From: Alphaproteobacteria bacterium
GTDB taxonomy: Bacteria; Pseudomonadota; Alphaproteobacteria; Bin65
Direction: 5' to 3'
Assembly (NCBI GenBank): GCA_965220685.1
Contig: CBDCQR010000004.1
Span: forward strand, 14,542 to 78,541
DNA length: 64,000 nucleotides
The notes beneath the pieces were generated by a model, which did not search any database, was not told where the DNA came from, and saw only the letters and a list, made by a program, of their open reading frames with translations. The position numbers and the translations under genes are program-made. This document shows, piece by piece, positions 56,395-64,000 of this stretch (the stretch's first letter is position 1; each line of letters starts with the position of its first letter).

Positions 56395-57186
56395 ATGCCC
56401 GCTCTCCCCCAGTACCGGATCTTCGCCATCAAATACGCCGAACGGATCGGCCGGCGCGCCGAGGTGTTCCTGGGCGGCGATCCGCACGACGCGCCGATGG
56501 CGATGGACTATTTCGTCTGGGCGGTGGTGGATCCGGGCAGCGGCCGGGGCTGGGCGGTCGATACCGGCTTCAGCGCGGCCGACGCCGCGAAGCGGCAGCG
56601 CATCCATCTGCGCGGCGCAGGGGAGGGGCTGGCGCTGATCGGGCTGGACGCGGCGGCCCTTGCGGACGTCGTCATCACCCACATGCACTACGACCATGCC
56701 GGCGGCTTCGCCGATTTCCCCGCAGCGCGCTTCCATCTCCAGGACGACGAGATGGCCTTCGCCACCGGCCGCTGCATGACCGAGCCGGCGATCGCCCACG
56801 CCTTCGAGGCCGACCATGTCGCCGCCATGGTCCACCGCGTGTTCGAGCGCCGGGTCGCCTTCCATGACGGCGACGGCGAGCTGGCGCCGGGGCTGACGCT
56901 CCACCGGGTCGGCGGGCACACGAAGGGCATGCAGATCGTGCGGGTCCACACCGCGAAGGGCTGGATGGTGCTGGCCTCGGACGCAGCCCATTACTACGAG
57001 AACCTCGACGACCGGCGGCCGTTCTGGATCGTCCACAATATCGAGGACTATCTGGCGGCGCTGGACAGGGCGCTGGCGCTGGCGGACGAACCGGGCCTGG
57101 TGATCCCCGGCCACGACCCGCTGGTCTTCGAGCGCTTCCCGCCGGCGAGCGACGACCTGAAAGGGATCGTTCACCGCCTCGCCTAG
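56395..57186 (+). CDS. N-acyl homoserine lactonase-like metallo-beta-lactamase fold hydrolase
   Basis: THMHYDHAG, GGHT.G, LASDAAH, PGHDP. Confidence 0.85.
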   Translation: MPALPQYRIFAIKYAERIGRRAEVFLGGDPHDAPMAMDYFVWAVVDPGSGRGWAVDTGFSAADAAKRQRIHLRGAGEGLALIGLDAAALADVVITHMHYDHAGGFADFPAARFHLQDDEMAFATGRCMTEPAIAHAFEADHVAAMVHRVFERRVAFHDGDGELAPGLTLHRVGGHTKGMQIVRVHTAKGWMVLASDAAHYYENLDDRRPFWIVHNIEDYLAALDRALALADEPGLVIPGHDPLVFERFPPASDDLKGIVHRLA

Positions 57187-57229
57187 AGCCTGTCCGTTTC
57201 TGCCGGAACCGCCCACGCAACCAGGGACG

Positions 57230-57401
57230 CCCCTTCGTCAGGCTCAGGACAGGCCCTTCGATACGCCCCGCCCTTCGATACGCGGCCTGCGGCCGCTACT
57301 CAGGGTGAGGATGAGGGTATTGAAGATGGCTGTGATTCCCTCATCCCGAGTAGGCGCGCTTGCGCGCCGTATCGAGGGACGCCCTGAGCGAAGTCGAAGA
57401 G
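57230..57401. repeat. Nested palindromic elements: a family A copy inside a second REP-like element
   Basis: Inner 57253-57382 is the family A reverse complement; outer arms CCTTCGTCAGGCTCAGGAC / CCTGAGCGAAGTCGAAG. Confidence 0.7.
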
Positions 57402-57561
57402 GACGCCGCGCCACTGTGGTTCAAGCCAATGCGGATATGCGCCGGGCGCGGTTTCCGGCAGCCGGCCGGCCTGTCGTTGCGTTTCAAAATTCGATACTTG
57501 ACTCGTATCGATAAATCCATTGACTATGCGCACGAATCGGAACAAACAGGGGGAAAATACC

Positions 57562-58395
57562 GTGCGCAATATTTTCACGGCGGCGCTCGCGGCGGGGGCG
57601 ATCCTGCTTGCCGGCTGCGCAACGCCTCATCTCGATATCGCCGAACCCGACGAGCGCCAGAAGGCGGAAGCCGCAGCGACGCTGAAGCACGCCCGGATCG
57701 GCCCGCCGCGCAATGTCGCCGCCGACCGGATGGTGCCGACTGTCAGACGCGTCATACGGCGGGTCAGGCTCGCCTCCCATGCCGTCTGCACGGATCTCAA
57801 GCTGCCCGAAGAGCGGTGCAAGCCGATGCTCGAAGCGAAGGTCATCGTCCATACGAACAAGAAGGACATCAACGCATTCGCCGACGCCGACGACAATGTC
57901 GGCGTTTACGGCGGCCTCGTGCGCCACATGGGGACGGACGCCGAGATCGCGGGGGTGCTGGCGCACGAATTCGCCCACGTCATGTACGGCCATGTCGAAA
58001 GCAAGCAGATCAACGCGTTTATCGGCGGCCTGATTCTGGGCAGCCTCGCGGCGGCTGCATCGGCCGCCGGCGGCGGAAAGAACCAGCAGATGGTTCACGA
58101 TTCGACGCGCCTGGGATGGGAATTCGGCGCGACCGCTTACAGCCCCGAAATGGAGATCGAGGCCGACCGGACGGCCGTTTACATCCTCCACAGAGCCGGG
58201 TTTCCGCTCAACGCGTTGCAAAGTGCGCTGTTGCGCATGAACCGCGCCAGGGCGGAACGGTCGTCCGGCACGTTCTCGGGAACCGTCGGTTTTCTGGAAA
58301 CGCATCCGAGCAACGACCGCCGCCACGCGCACCTGATTTCGGCGATCGAAGACGTGCAAGCGGGCAAGCCGCTGAAGCCGGCGGAGGAGGAATAG
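57562..58395 (+). CDS. M48 family metalloprotease lipoprotein
   Basis: Lipobox LAGC, INAFA, LAHEFAH, EIEAD, THP; GTG start after AGGGGGA. Confidence 0.88.
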   Translation: MRNIFTAALAAGAILLAGCATPHLDIAEPDERQKAEAAATLKHARIGPPRNVAADRMVPTVRRVIRRVRLASHAVCTDLKLPEERCKPMLEAKVIVHTNKKDINAFADADDNVGVYGGLVRHMGTDAEIAGVLAHEFAHVMYGHVESKQINAFIGGLILGSLAAAASAAGGGKNQQMVHDSTRLGWEFGATAYSPEMEIEADRTAVYILHRAGFPLNALQSALLRMNRARAERSSGTFSGTVGFLETHPSNDRRHAHLISAIEDVQAGKPLKPAEEE

Positions 58396-58523
58396 GCGAC
58401 GCAACGCCGGGGCAACCCGATTCGGTTCGGTCAAGGCAGTTTCGCGATCCGTCCTTCGCTACGTCCCCTTGGAATTCCCCTGCGAAACCGCGAACGGGAA
58501 GCGACAAAGTAACCGAAGCGATC

Positions 58524-58646
58524 CCCCCTCCCCTTGGGGGAGGGGGTTAGGGGGAGGGGTATGGGGCGGCCGGATCGGTGCCGGATCGGACGGCGGTGGA
58601 GCGGCGGGCGACCCCTCCCCTAGCCCCTCCCCCAAGGGGAGGGGGA
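58524..58646. repeat. Palindromic element, family C (CCCCTCCCCTTGGGGGAGGGG type)
   Basis: Long inverted repeat between convergent genes; partial relative at about 54298-54345. Confidence 0.75.
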
Positions 58647-59333
58647 CTTTTTCGGCGGCGATTTGTCCGCCATCCGCGCGACCGCCGCCTCAAGGAAACC
58701 GACCAGATCGTCCGTCGAATGGTGGATATAGTCGGCGTCGTGGCCGCTCATGGCCCAGTCGCTGTCCGTGCGGACGTGGACCGTCGTCATGCCGCGGTCG
58801 TGGGCCGGCTTCAGGTTTATCGCGATATCCTCGACCAGCACCGTGGCCTCCGGGTCCATGCCGTGCCGGTCGAGAAACAGGTCGTAGAACGGGTCGAGCG
58901 GCTTGGGGTGGAAGCCGGCGGCGGCGATATCGAAAATATCGGCGAAATGGCCGGCGACGCCGAGCCGGTCGAGCACCGCTTCGGCATGTTTCACCGACCC
59001 GTTTGTGAAAATGTATTTCGGGCCGTCCAGCCGGCCCAGCACCGCCGCCAGATCGCCCGAGGGCGGAACCGGGCTGTAATCGATATCGTGAACGTAATCG
59101 AGGAAATGGTGCGGATCGATGCCGTATTCCTGCATCAGCCCCTTCATCGTCGTGCCGTAGCGCCGGAAATAGCCCTTCTGCATCAGGCGCGCCGCGTCGT
59201 GCGGCAGGTCCAGCGTCTCGGCGATGTAGGCGCCGATCCGGACGTCGACCTGGGCGAACAGGTTGCACTCGGCCGGATAGATCGTGTTGTCGAGATCGAA
59301 CGCCCAGTGGCCGATATGGGACAGGTCGGGCAC
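58620..59333 (-). CDS. Pyrimidine 5'-nucleotidase (HAD family)
   Basis: WAFDLDNTIYP, YGTTMKGL, FTNG, KP, VEDIAINL..A...GMTTV. Confidence 0.9.
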   Translation of the reverse strand: MPDLSHIGHWAFDLDNTIYPAECNLFAQVDVRIGAYIAETLDLPHDAARLMQKGYFRRYGTTMKGLMQEYGIDPHHFLDYVHDIDYSPVPPSGDLAAVLGRLDGPKYIFTNGSVKHAEAVLDRLGVAGHFADIFDIAAAGFHPKPLDPFYDLFLDRHGMDPEATVLVEDIAINLKPAHDRGMTTVHVRTDSDWAMSGHDADYIHHSTDDLVGFLEAAVARMADKSPPKKSPSPWGRG

Positions 59334-59350
59334 GGCCGGCGCAGCCCCGC

Positions 59351-60265
59351 CTAGTCCGCGCGGATCAGGGTGCCGGTGCCGCTTTCGGTGAAGATCTCCA
59401 GCAGCATGGAATGGGGCACCCGGCCATCCAGGATCACCGCGGCCTCGACCCCGCCCTCGATCGCGCGGATGCAGGTCTCGACCTTGGGGATCATGCCGCC
59501 TTCGATGGTGCCGTCCTCCATCAGCGCGCGCGCCGCGGCGACGGTCAGTTCGGGGACGAGCTCGCCGGCCTTGTCGAGCACGCCGCGCACGTCGGTGAGC
59601 AGGAACATGCGGATCGCCTCGCCGGCGGCGGCAACGGCGCCGGCGACCGTGTCGGCGTTGATGTTGTAGGTCTCGCCCCTGGCGCCGATGCCGATCGGGG
59701 CGATGACCGGGATCAGGCCGCTGTCCAGCAGGTCTTCGAGGATTTCGGCATCGACGGCTTCCGGCTCGCCGACGAAACCGAGATCGAGAATGCGCTCGAT
59801 GTTGGAATCCGGATCGCGCCGGCTGCGGGTCAGCTTCTTCGCGCGGATCAGGCCGCCGTCCTTGCCGCTGAGGCCGACCGCCCGGCCGCCGGCCTTGTAG
59901 ATCGACTGGACGACCTGTTTGTTGATCGAGCCGGACAGCACCATCTCGACGATATTCACCGTCTCGGCGTCGGTCACGCGCAGGCCGTCGACGAACTCGC
60001 TGGTGATGTTCAGCCGCTCCAGCATCTTGCCGATCTGGGGCCCGCCGCCGTGGACGACGATCGGATTCACGCCGGCGTGCTTGAGCAGCACGATGTCGTT
60101 GGCGAAATTGTCGGACAGGCGCTGATCGCCCATCGCGTGGCCGCCGTATTTGATCACGAAGGTCTGGCCGTCGTAGCGGCGCAGATAGGGCAGGGCCTCG
60201 GTCAGGGTCCGCGCGGTGCGCAGCCACTGCTTCGCTTCGGTCAGGTTGAACTTCCGGTCAGCCAT
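59351..60265 (-). CDS. argB: Acetylglutamate kinase
   Basis: [36 protein letters not shown]. Confidence 0.97.
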   Translation of the reverse strand: MADRKFNLTEAKQWLRTARTLTEALPYLRRYDGQTFVIKYGGHAMGDQRLSDNFANDIVLLKHAGVNPIVVHGGGPQIGKMLERLNITSEFVDGLRVTDAETVNIVEMVLSGSINKQVVQSIYKAGGRAVGLSGKDGGLIRAKKLTRSRRDPDSNIERILDLGFVGEPEAVDAEILEDLLDSGLIPVIAPIGIGARGETYNINADTVAGAVAAAGEAIRMFLLTDVRGVLDKAGELVPELTVAAARALMEDGTIEGGMIPKVETCIRAIEGGVEAAVILDGRVPHSMLLEIFTESGTGTLIRAD

Positions 60266-60325
60266 GGGGCGGCCGTTCCTGTCTGCTGTTCCGGCGGCGA
60301 TCGTAACGGAAGATGAGGCGAGCGT

Positions 60326-60982
60326 TTAGGCCGGGAGCGCGACCGTGGCAAGGGCGGCGCGCAATTCGGCGATGCCCCGGCCCTTTTCCGCGCTGGTCGC
60401 GGCGATATCGGGATGGCACGCCGGATGGCGCGCGGCGGTGCGCGCCGTCTCCGTCAGGCAGGCCGCAAGCTCGCGCTCGTGCAGCTTGTCCGACTTGGTG
60501 AGGACGATCTGGTAGGAGACGGCCGAGGCGTCCAGCAGTTCCATGATCTCCCGGTCGCCGGGCGTCAGGCCGCGGCGGGCATCGATCAGCAGGCAGACCC
60601 GGCGCAGGCCGGCCCGCCCGCGCAGGTAATCGCGGATCAGCGCGTTCCAGCGCCGCACCTTGTCCTTCGACGCCCGGGCGTAACCATAGCCCGGCAGGTC
60701 GACCAGATACAGCCGGCCGCCGAGGTCGAAGAAATTGACCTGCTGCGTCCGGCCCGGCGTGTTCGAGGTCCGGGCCAGCGCCTTGCGGCCGGTGAGCGCG
60801 TTGATCAGGCTCGACTTGCCGACGTTGGACCGGCCGGCGAAGGCGACCTCGGGCAGCGCGTCCGGCGGCAGGCCGTCGACCCGCACGACACCGGCCACGA
60901 AGCTGCATTGCTGCGCAAAGAGCAGGCGGCCGGCTTCGAGAGCGGCGGCTTCGGCTTCGGGATGCGATGCGGCGTCGGTCAT
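60326..60982 (-). CDS. engB: Ribosome biogenesis GTPase YsxC/EngB
   Basis: AGRSNVGKSSLIN, SNTPGRTQ, DLPGYGY, TKSDK. Confidence 0.95.
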   Translation of the reverse strand: MTDAASHPEAEAAALEAGRLLFAQQCSFVAGVVRVDGLPPDALPEVAFAGRSNVGKSSLINALTGRKALARTSNTPGRTQQVNFFDLGGRLYLVDLPGYGYARASKDKVRRWNALIRDYLRGRAGLRRVCLLIDARRGLTPGDREIMELLDASAVSYQIVLTKSDKLHERELAACLTETARTAARHPACHPDIAATSAEKGRGIAELRAALATVALPA

Positions 60983-60996
60983 CGGCGCCGGCCCGG

Positions 60997-63081
60997 CTAC
61001 TTGCGTTTGCCGCGCCCGCCGGTGCTGCCGCGGCGGCCCCGTCCGCCCTTGGCGCGGCCCTTGCCGGACTTGTCGGCCGGCGGCTTGTTGCGGCTCTGCT
61101 TGCTGCGGCCCGGATTGGCGCCGGCGCCGGCCGGGGCGGACGCCTTGCGCCTGGCCGGCTTCCTGGCTTCCGCCGCCTCGTCGTCCCCGGCTTCCCCGGA
61201 GTCCCCGGAGTCCCCGGCGTCCCCGGCGGCCCCGGCCTCGCCCTCGACGGGAACGAGATCGCGGATATTGCCGGCGCCCTGCTTCTTCTCCCACACGCCC
61301 ATGCGCTTCATGATCACCCATTGCTGGCCGATCGAGAGCGTGTTGTTCCAGGCCCAGTAGATGATCAGCCCGGCCGGGAAGATCGCCAGCATGATGGTGA
61401 ACACGAAGGGCAGCGCCATGAAGATCTTCTGCTGCATCGGATCGGCCGGCGGCGGATTGATCTTCTGCTGCAGAAACATCGTCAGCCCCATGATGATCGG
61501 CCAGATGCCGATATCGACATAGGGAATGCCCGACGGCCCCCAGGGCAGAATGCCGAACAGGTTCACGATGGTCGTCGGGTCCGGAGCCGAGAGATCCTGG
61601 ATCCACCAGAAGAAAGGCGCGTGGCGCATGTCCACGGCGATGAACAGCGTCTTGTAGAGCGCGAAGAAGACCGGAATCTGGAGCAGGATGGGCAGGCAGC
61701 CGGAAGCCGGGTTGATCTTCTTCTCCTTGTAGAGCGCCATCAGCTCCCGGTTCATCGCCTGCTTGTCGTCGGCATAGCGCTCGCGCAGCTTCATCATCTC
61801 CGGCTGGAGCTTCTTCATCCGGCTCATGGAGCGGTAGGAGCGGTTGGCGAGCGGGAAGAAGACGATCTTCACCAGGATCGTCACGACCAGGATGGCGACG
61901 CCGAAATTGCCGACATAGCCGAAGATGATCTGGAGCAGCCAGTAGAAGGGCTGGGTCAGGAAGAAGAACCAGCCCCAGTCGACCAGCCAGTTGAACCGCG
62001 GGATGCCGAGATTCTCCTCATAGGACTTGAGGGCGGCGGTTTCCTTCGGCCCGGCCAGGATCCGCAGCGTCCGCGCGATCTCCCCGCCCGGTGCGATCCG
62101 GAGGTCGTTCTCGGTCTTGAAGTAGGTCCGGAAGACGTCCTCGTAGCCTTCGAACTTGTCCCGGTGATCGAAAGTGAATGCGTACTTCCCGCTCTGGTCC
62201 GGGGCCAGCGCGACGGCCCAGTACTGGTCGCTGAAGGCCGTCCAGCCGCCGGTCGTGCGGTAGGTCTGGGACTCGTCCCTGATGTCCGAATAGTCCAGCG
62301 GGCTGTCGAAGATTTCCTGTCCGACCGTGATGTAGTTTTCCTCGCCGGGCTCCTTGATCGTCGCATGGCCGCTTTCGCTGAGGATGAAGAAGCCGAAGGT
62401 CTTCGGCTCGCCGTGGCGGTGGATGAAGCCGGTCGGGCGCAGCACGAAGGGCCGGGCGCTGCGGTTCAGGACCCGGCGTTCGACCGTCACGAGGTATTTC
62501 CGGTCGATCGAATAGGTGCGGCGGAATTCGACGCCCTCGCCGTTCGTCCAGCTCAGCGTTACCGGCTTGCCGACCTCGAGCGTGTTGCGGTCGGCCTGCC
62601 AGACGGTATCCGGGCCCGGCACGATGCCCTCGCTCCGGCCCGGCACCTCCCAGGTCATGCCGACATAGTAGGCGCCCTTCGTGCGGCCGGGGCGCAACAG
62701 GTGGATCCGCTCCTGCTTCTTGATGGTTTCCCAGTGCTTCTCCAGCGTAAGGTCGTCGAACACCGCACCGATCCGGCAGATCGACCCGGTGACGACGTCG
62801 GTCCTGATGGCGATGCGCAGGGACCGGCCGTCGCTGCCGCTGCATGCAGCCAGCGCTTCCTTGCGCGGCAGGACGGGCTTGTCATCGACGACGCGGACCG
62901 GGGCCTTCGAGCGCGATGGTCCGGCACTGTCCTGACCCTGCTGCACATCGGACTGGCTGCCGCTGTCCCGCTGGCCGAGCTTCTCCTGCGGGGCGAAGAT
63001 GATCTGGAACCCGAAGATGATGGCGATCGAAAACAGGATCGCCATGATCAGGTTATGGGAGTCCGTCCGTTCAGGTCCCAC
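60997..63081 (-). CDS. yidC: Membrane protein insertase YidC with long charged C-terminal tail
   Basis: VDWGWF.FLT.P, GNFGVAI, KINPASGCLPILLQIPVFFALY, WIQDLSAPDP, YWAWNN. Confidence 0.96.
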   Translation of the reverse strand: MGPERTDSHNLIMAILFSIAIIFGFQIIFAPQEKLGQRDSGSQSDVQQGQDSAGPSRSKAPVRVVDDKPVLPRKEALAACSGSDGRSLRIAIRTDVVTGSICRIGAVFDDLTLEKHWETIKKQERIHLLRPGRTKGAYYVGMTWEVPGRSEGIVPGPDTVWQADRNTLEVGKPVTLSWTNGEGVEFRRTYSIDRKYLVTVERRVLNRSARPFVLRPTGFIHRHGEPKTFGFFILSESGHATIKEPGEENYITVGQEIFDSPLDYSDIRDESQTYRTTGGWTAFSDQYWAVALAPDQSGKYAFTFDHRDKFEGYEDVFRTYFKTENDLRIAPGGEIARTLRILAGPKETAALKSYEENLGIPRFNWLVDWGWFFFLTQPFYWLLQIIFGYVGNFGVAILVVTILVKIVFFPLANRSYRSMSRMKKLQPEMMKLRERYADDKQAMNRELMALYKEKKINPASGCLPILLQIPVFFALYKTLFIAVDMRHAPFFWWIQDLSAPDPTTIVNLFGILPWGPSGIPYVDIGIWPIIMGLTMFLQQKINPPPADPMQQKIFMALPFVFTIMLAIFPAGLIIYWAWNNTLSIGQQWVIMKRMGVWEKKQGAGNIRDLVPVEGEAGAAGDAGDSGDSGEAGDDEAAEARKPARRKASAPAGAGANPGRSKQSRNKPPADKSGKGRAKGGRGRRGSTGGRGKRK
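61184..61237. repeat. Six 9-bp tandem repeats (TCCCCGG-NN type) in the yidC tail
   Basis: Encode AGDAGDSGDSGEAGD-type tripeptides. Confidence 0.7.
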
Positions 63082-63346
63082 GCGACGGCTCCATCGGGCG
63101 GCGCGGCGGCACCGGGTCGTAGCCCGATCCGCCCCAGGGATGGCAGCGGCCGATCCGCTTCAGGCCGAGCCAGCTGCCGCGCAGGGCGCCATGATCGCGG
63201 ACGGCCTCGGCGGTGTATTCCGAGCAGGTCGGCGCAAAGCGGCACTGGCGGCCGAGCAGGGACGACAGGGTGAGCCGGTAGCCCTGGATCGCAATCAGGA
63301 TCAGGCGCGCAGCGGGGCTCGGCGGCGGTACGGCGGCGGGCGGCAT
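63071..63346 (-). CDS. yidD: Membrane protein insertion efficiency factor YidD
   Basis: CRFAPTCSEY, RIGRCHPWGGSGYDPVP. Confidence 0.95.
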   Translation of the reverse strand: MPPAAVPPPSPAARLILIAIQGYRLTLSSLLGRQCRFAPTCSEYTAEAVRDHGALRGSWLGLKRIGRCHPWGGSGYDPVPPRRPMEPSRGT

Positions 63347-63350
63347 CGGC

Positions 63351-63788
63351 TCAGGCGGCCTCCCCGCGGGCCGCGGCTGCCGCGGAAGCGCCGTCCGGGC
63401 GGCGCAGCTTCTTCAGCCGGCCGAGGGCCTCGTAAAGATCGCGCTGCAGGTCCGGCCACGGCCGGGTCAGCGTGGCCCGGCGCGCGATCAGCACATAGTC
63501 GGTACCGGGCCTGGCGAGCCTTGCCAGATCGCCGGTGGCGAGCGCCCTGAGCCGCCGCCGGGCGCGGTTGCGCTCAACGGCGTTGCCGACCTTCTTGCTG
63601 GCGGTCAGCCCGAAGCCGATCTCCGCCGGCCGATCCGTTTGGGCCGTTCGGGCCGTTCCGGCATTGCGCACGGCACAGGCCTGCAGGACCAGCCCCGGCG
63701 CAATCCAGCGGCGGCCCTTGTGCCGGACGCGCAGGAATTCCGGGCGGCGCCGGAGACGCCGAAGAGTCGGTTCTGCTGCCATCCTCAC
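63351..63788 (-). CDS. rnpA: Ribonuclease P protein component
   Basis: GLTASKKVGNAVERNRARRRLR. Confidence 0.95.
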   Translation of the reverse strand: MRMAAEPTLRRLRRRPEFLRVRHKGRRWIAPGLVLQACAVRNAGTARTAQTDRPAEIGFGLTASKKVGNAVERNRARRRLRALATGDLARLARPGTDYVLIARRATLTRPWPDLQRDLYEALGRLKKLRRPDGASAAAAARGEAA

Positions 63789-63871
63789 GGGCTTTCCGCT
63801 GGCCGGATTGTGGGCGATCCGTCGATAGCGCTGCGTTCTTGCGTTGCCGCCGCGGGCGCGCGGGCGGCGGG

Positions 63872-64000
63872 TCAGGCCGAAAGCCGCTTGCGGCCCTTGG
63901 CGCGGCGGCGGGCCAGAACGTGGCGGCCGGCCTTGGTCGCCATGCGCGCGCGGAAGCCGTGACGCCGTTTGCGCACCAGCACGCTGGGCTGGTAGGTGCG
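63872..64000 (-). CDS. rpmH: 50S ribosomal protein L34 (first two codons outside the window)
   Basis: [42 protein letters not shown]. Confidence 0.97.
   Translation of the reverse strand, partial: RTYQPSVLVRKRRHGFRARMATKAGRHVLARRRAKGRKRLSA

Noticed and set aside
60967-63273. 768-aa plus-strand ORF opposite yidC
   Set aside because: Antisense shadow of a conserved core gene.
63790-64000. Replication origin near rpmH
   Set aside because: No DnaA-box cluster in the window; any origin would lie beyond the edge.

Overview
High-GC alphaproteobacterial chromosome segment. The lineage is inferred from the gene set and an alphaproteobacterial-type LexA box; the gene content is compatible with a marine or animal-associated bacterium, which is also inference. 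Layout: (1) 1-8.5 kb is the edge of a defence island that looks lower in GC: a partial GajB-like UvrD helicase, a Dsr1-type sirtuin, a coiled-coil/2-TM protein and two overlapping arm-type tyrosine integrases. (2) 9-15.5 kb holds GST, SDR, DUF1491 and a PrpD/MaoC/acyl-CoA dehydrogenase/CoA-transferase operon. (3) 15.5-42.5 kb is a large cyclic-amide/ureide catabolic island: N-methylhydantoinase-like HyuAB, N-carbamoylsarcosine amidase, amidase, Pot-type ABC transporter, CobW and a deacetylase. It has several unexplained features: an 852-aa flotillin, a second catalytically degenerate HyuAB pair with a Rad52-like domain, long N-terminal tags on three enzymes, orphan membrane proteins and two non-canonical YrdC paralogues. 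(4) 42.7-58.4 kb has mixed metabolic genes, fumC, a tandem pair of bacterial voltage-gated Na-channel genes, an MNT-HEPN pair and a LexA-box promoter pointing into an ORF-less array of 10-bp-phased TCATGA repeats interleaved with hairpin elements. (5) 58.6-64 kb is the core block rpmH-rnpA-yidD-yidC-engB-argB-nucleotidase. No rRNA, tRNA or CRISPR array was recognised. All family assignments come from motif recognition by eye, not from database searches.
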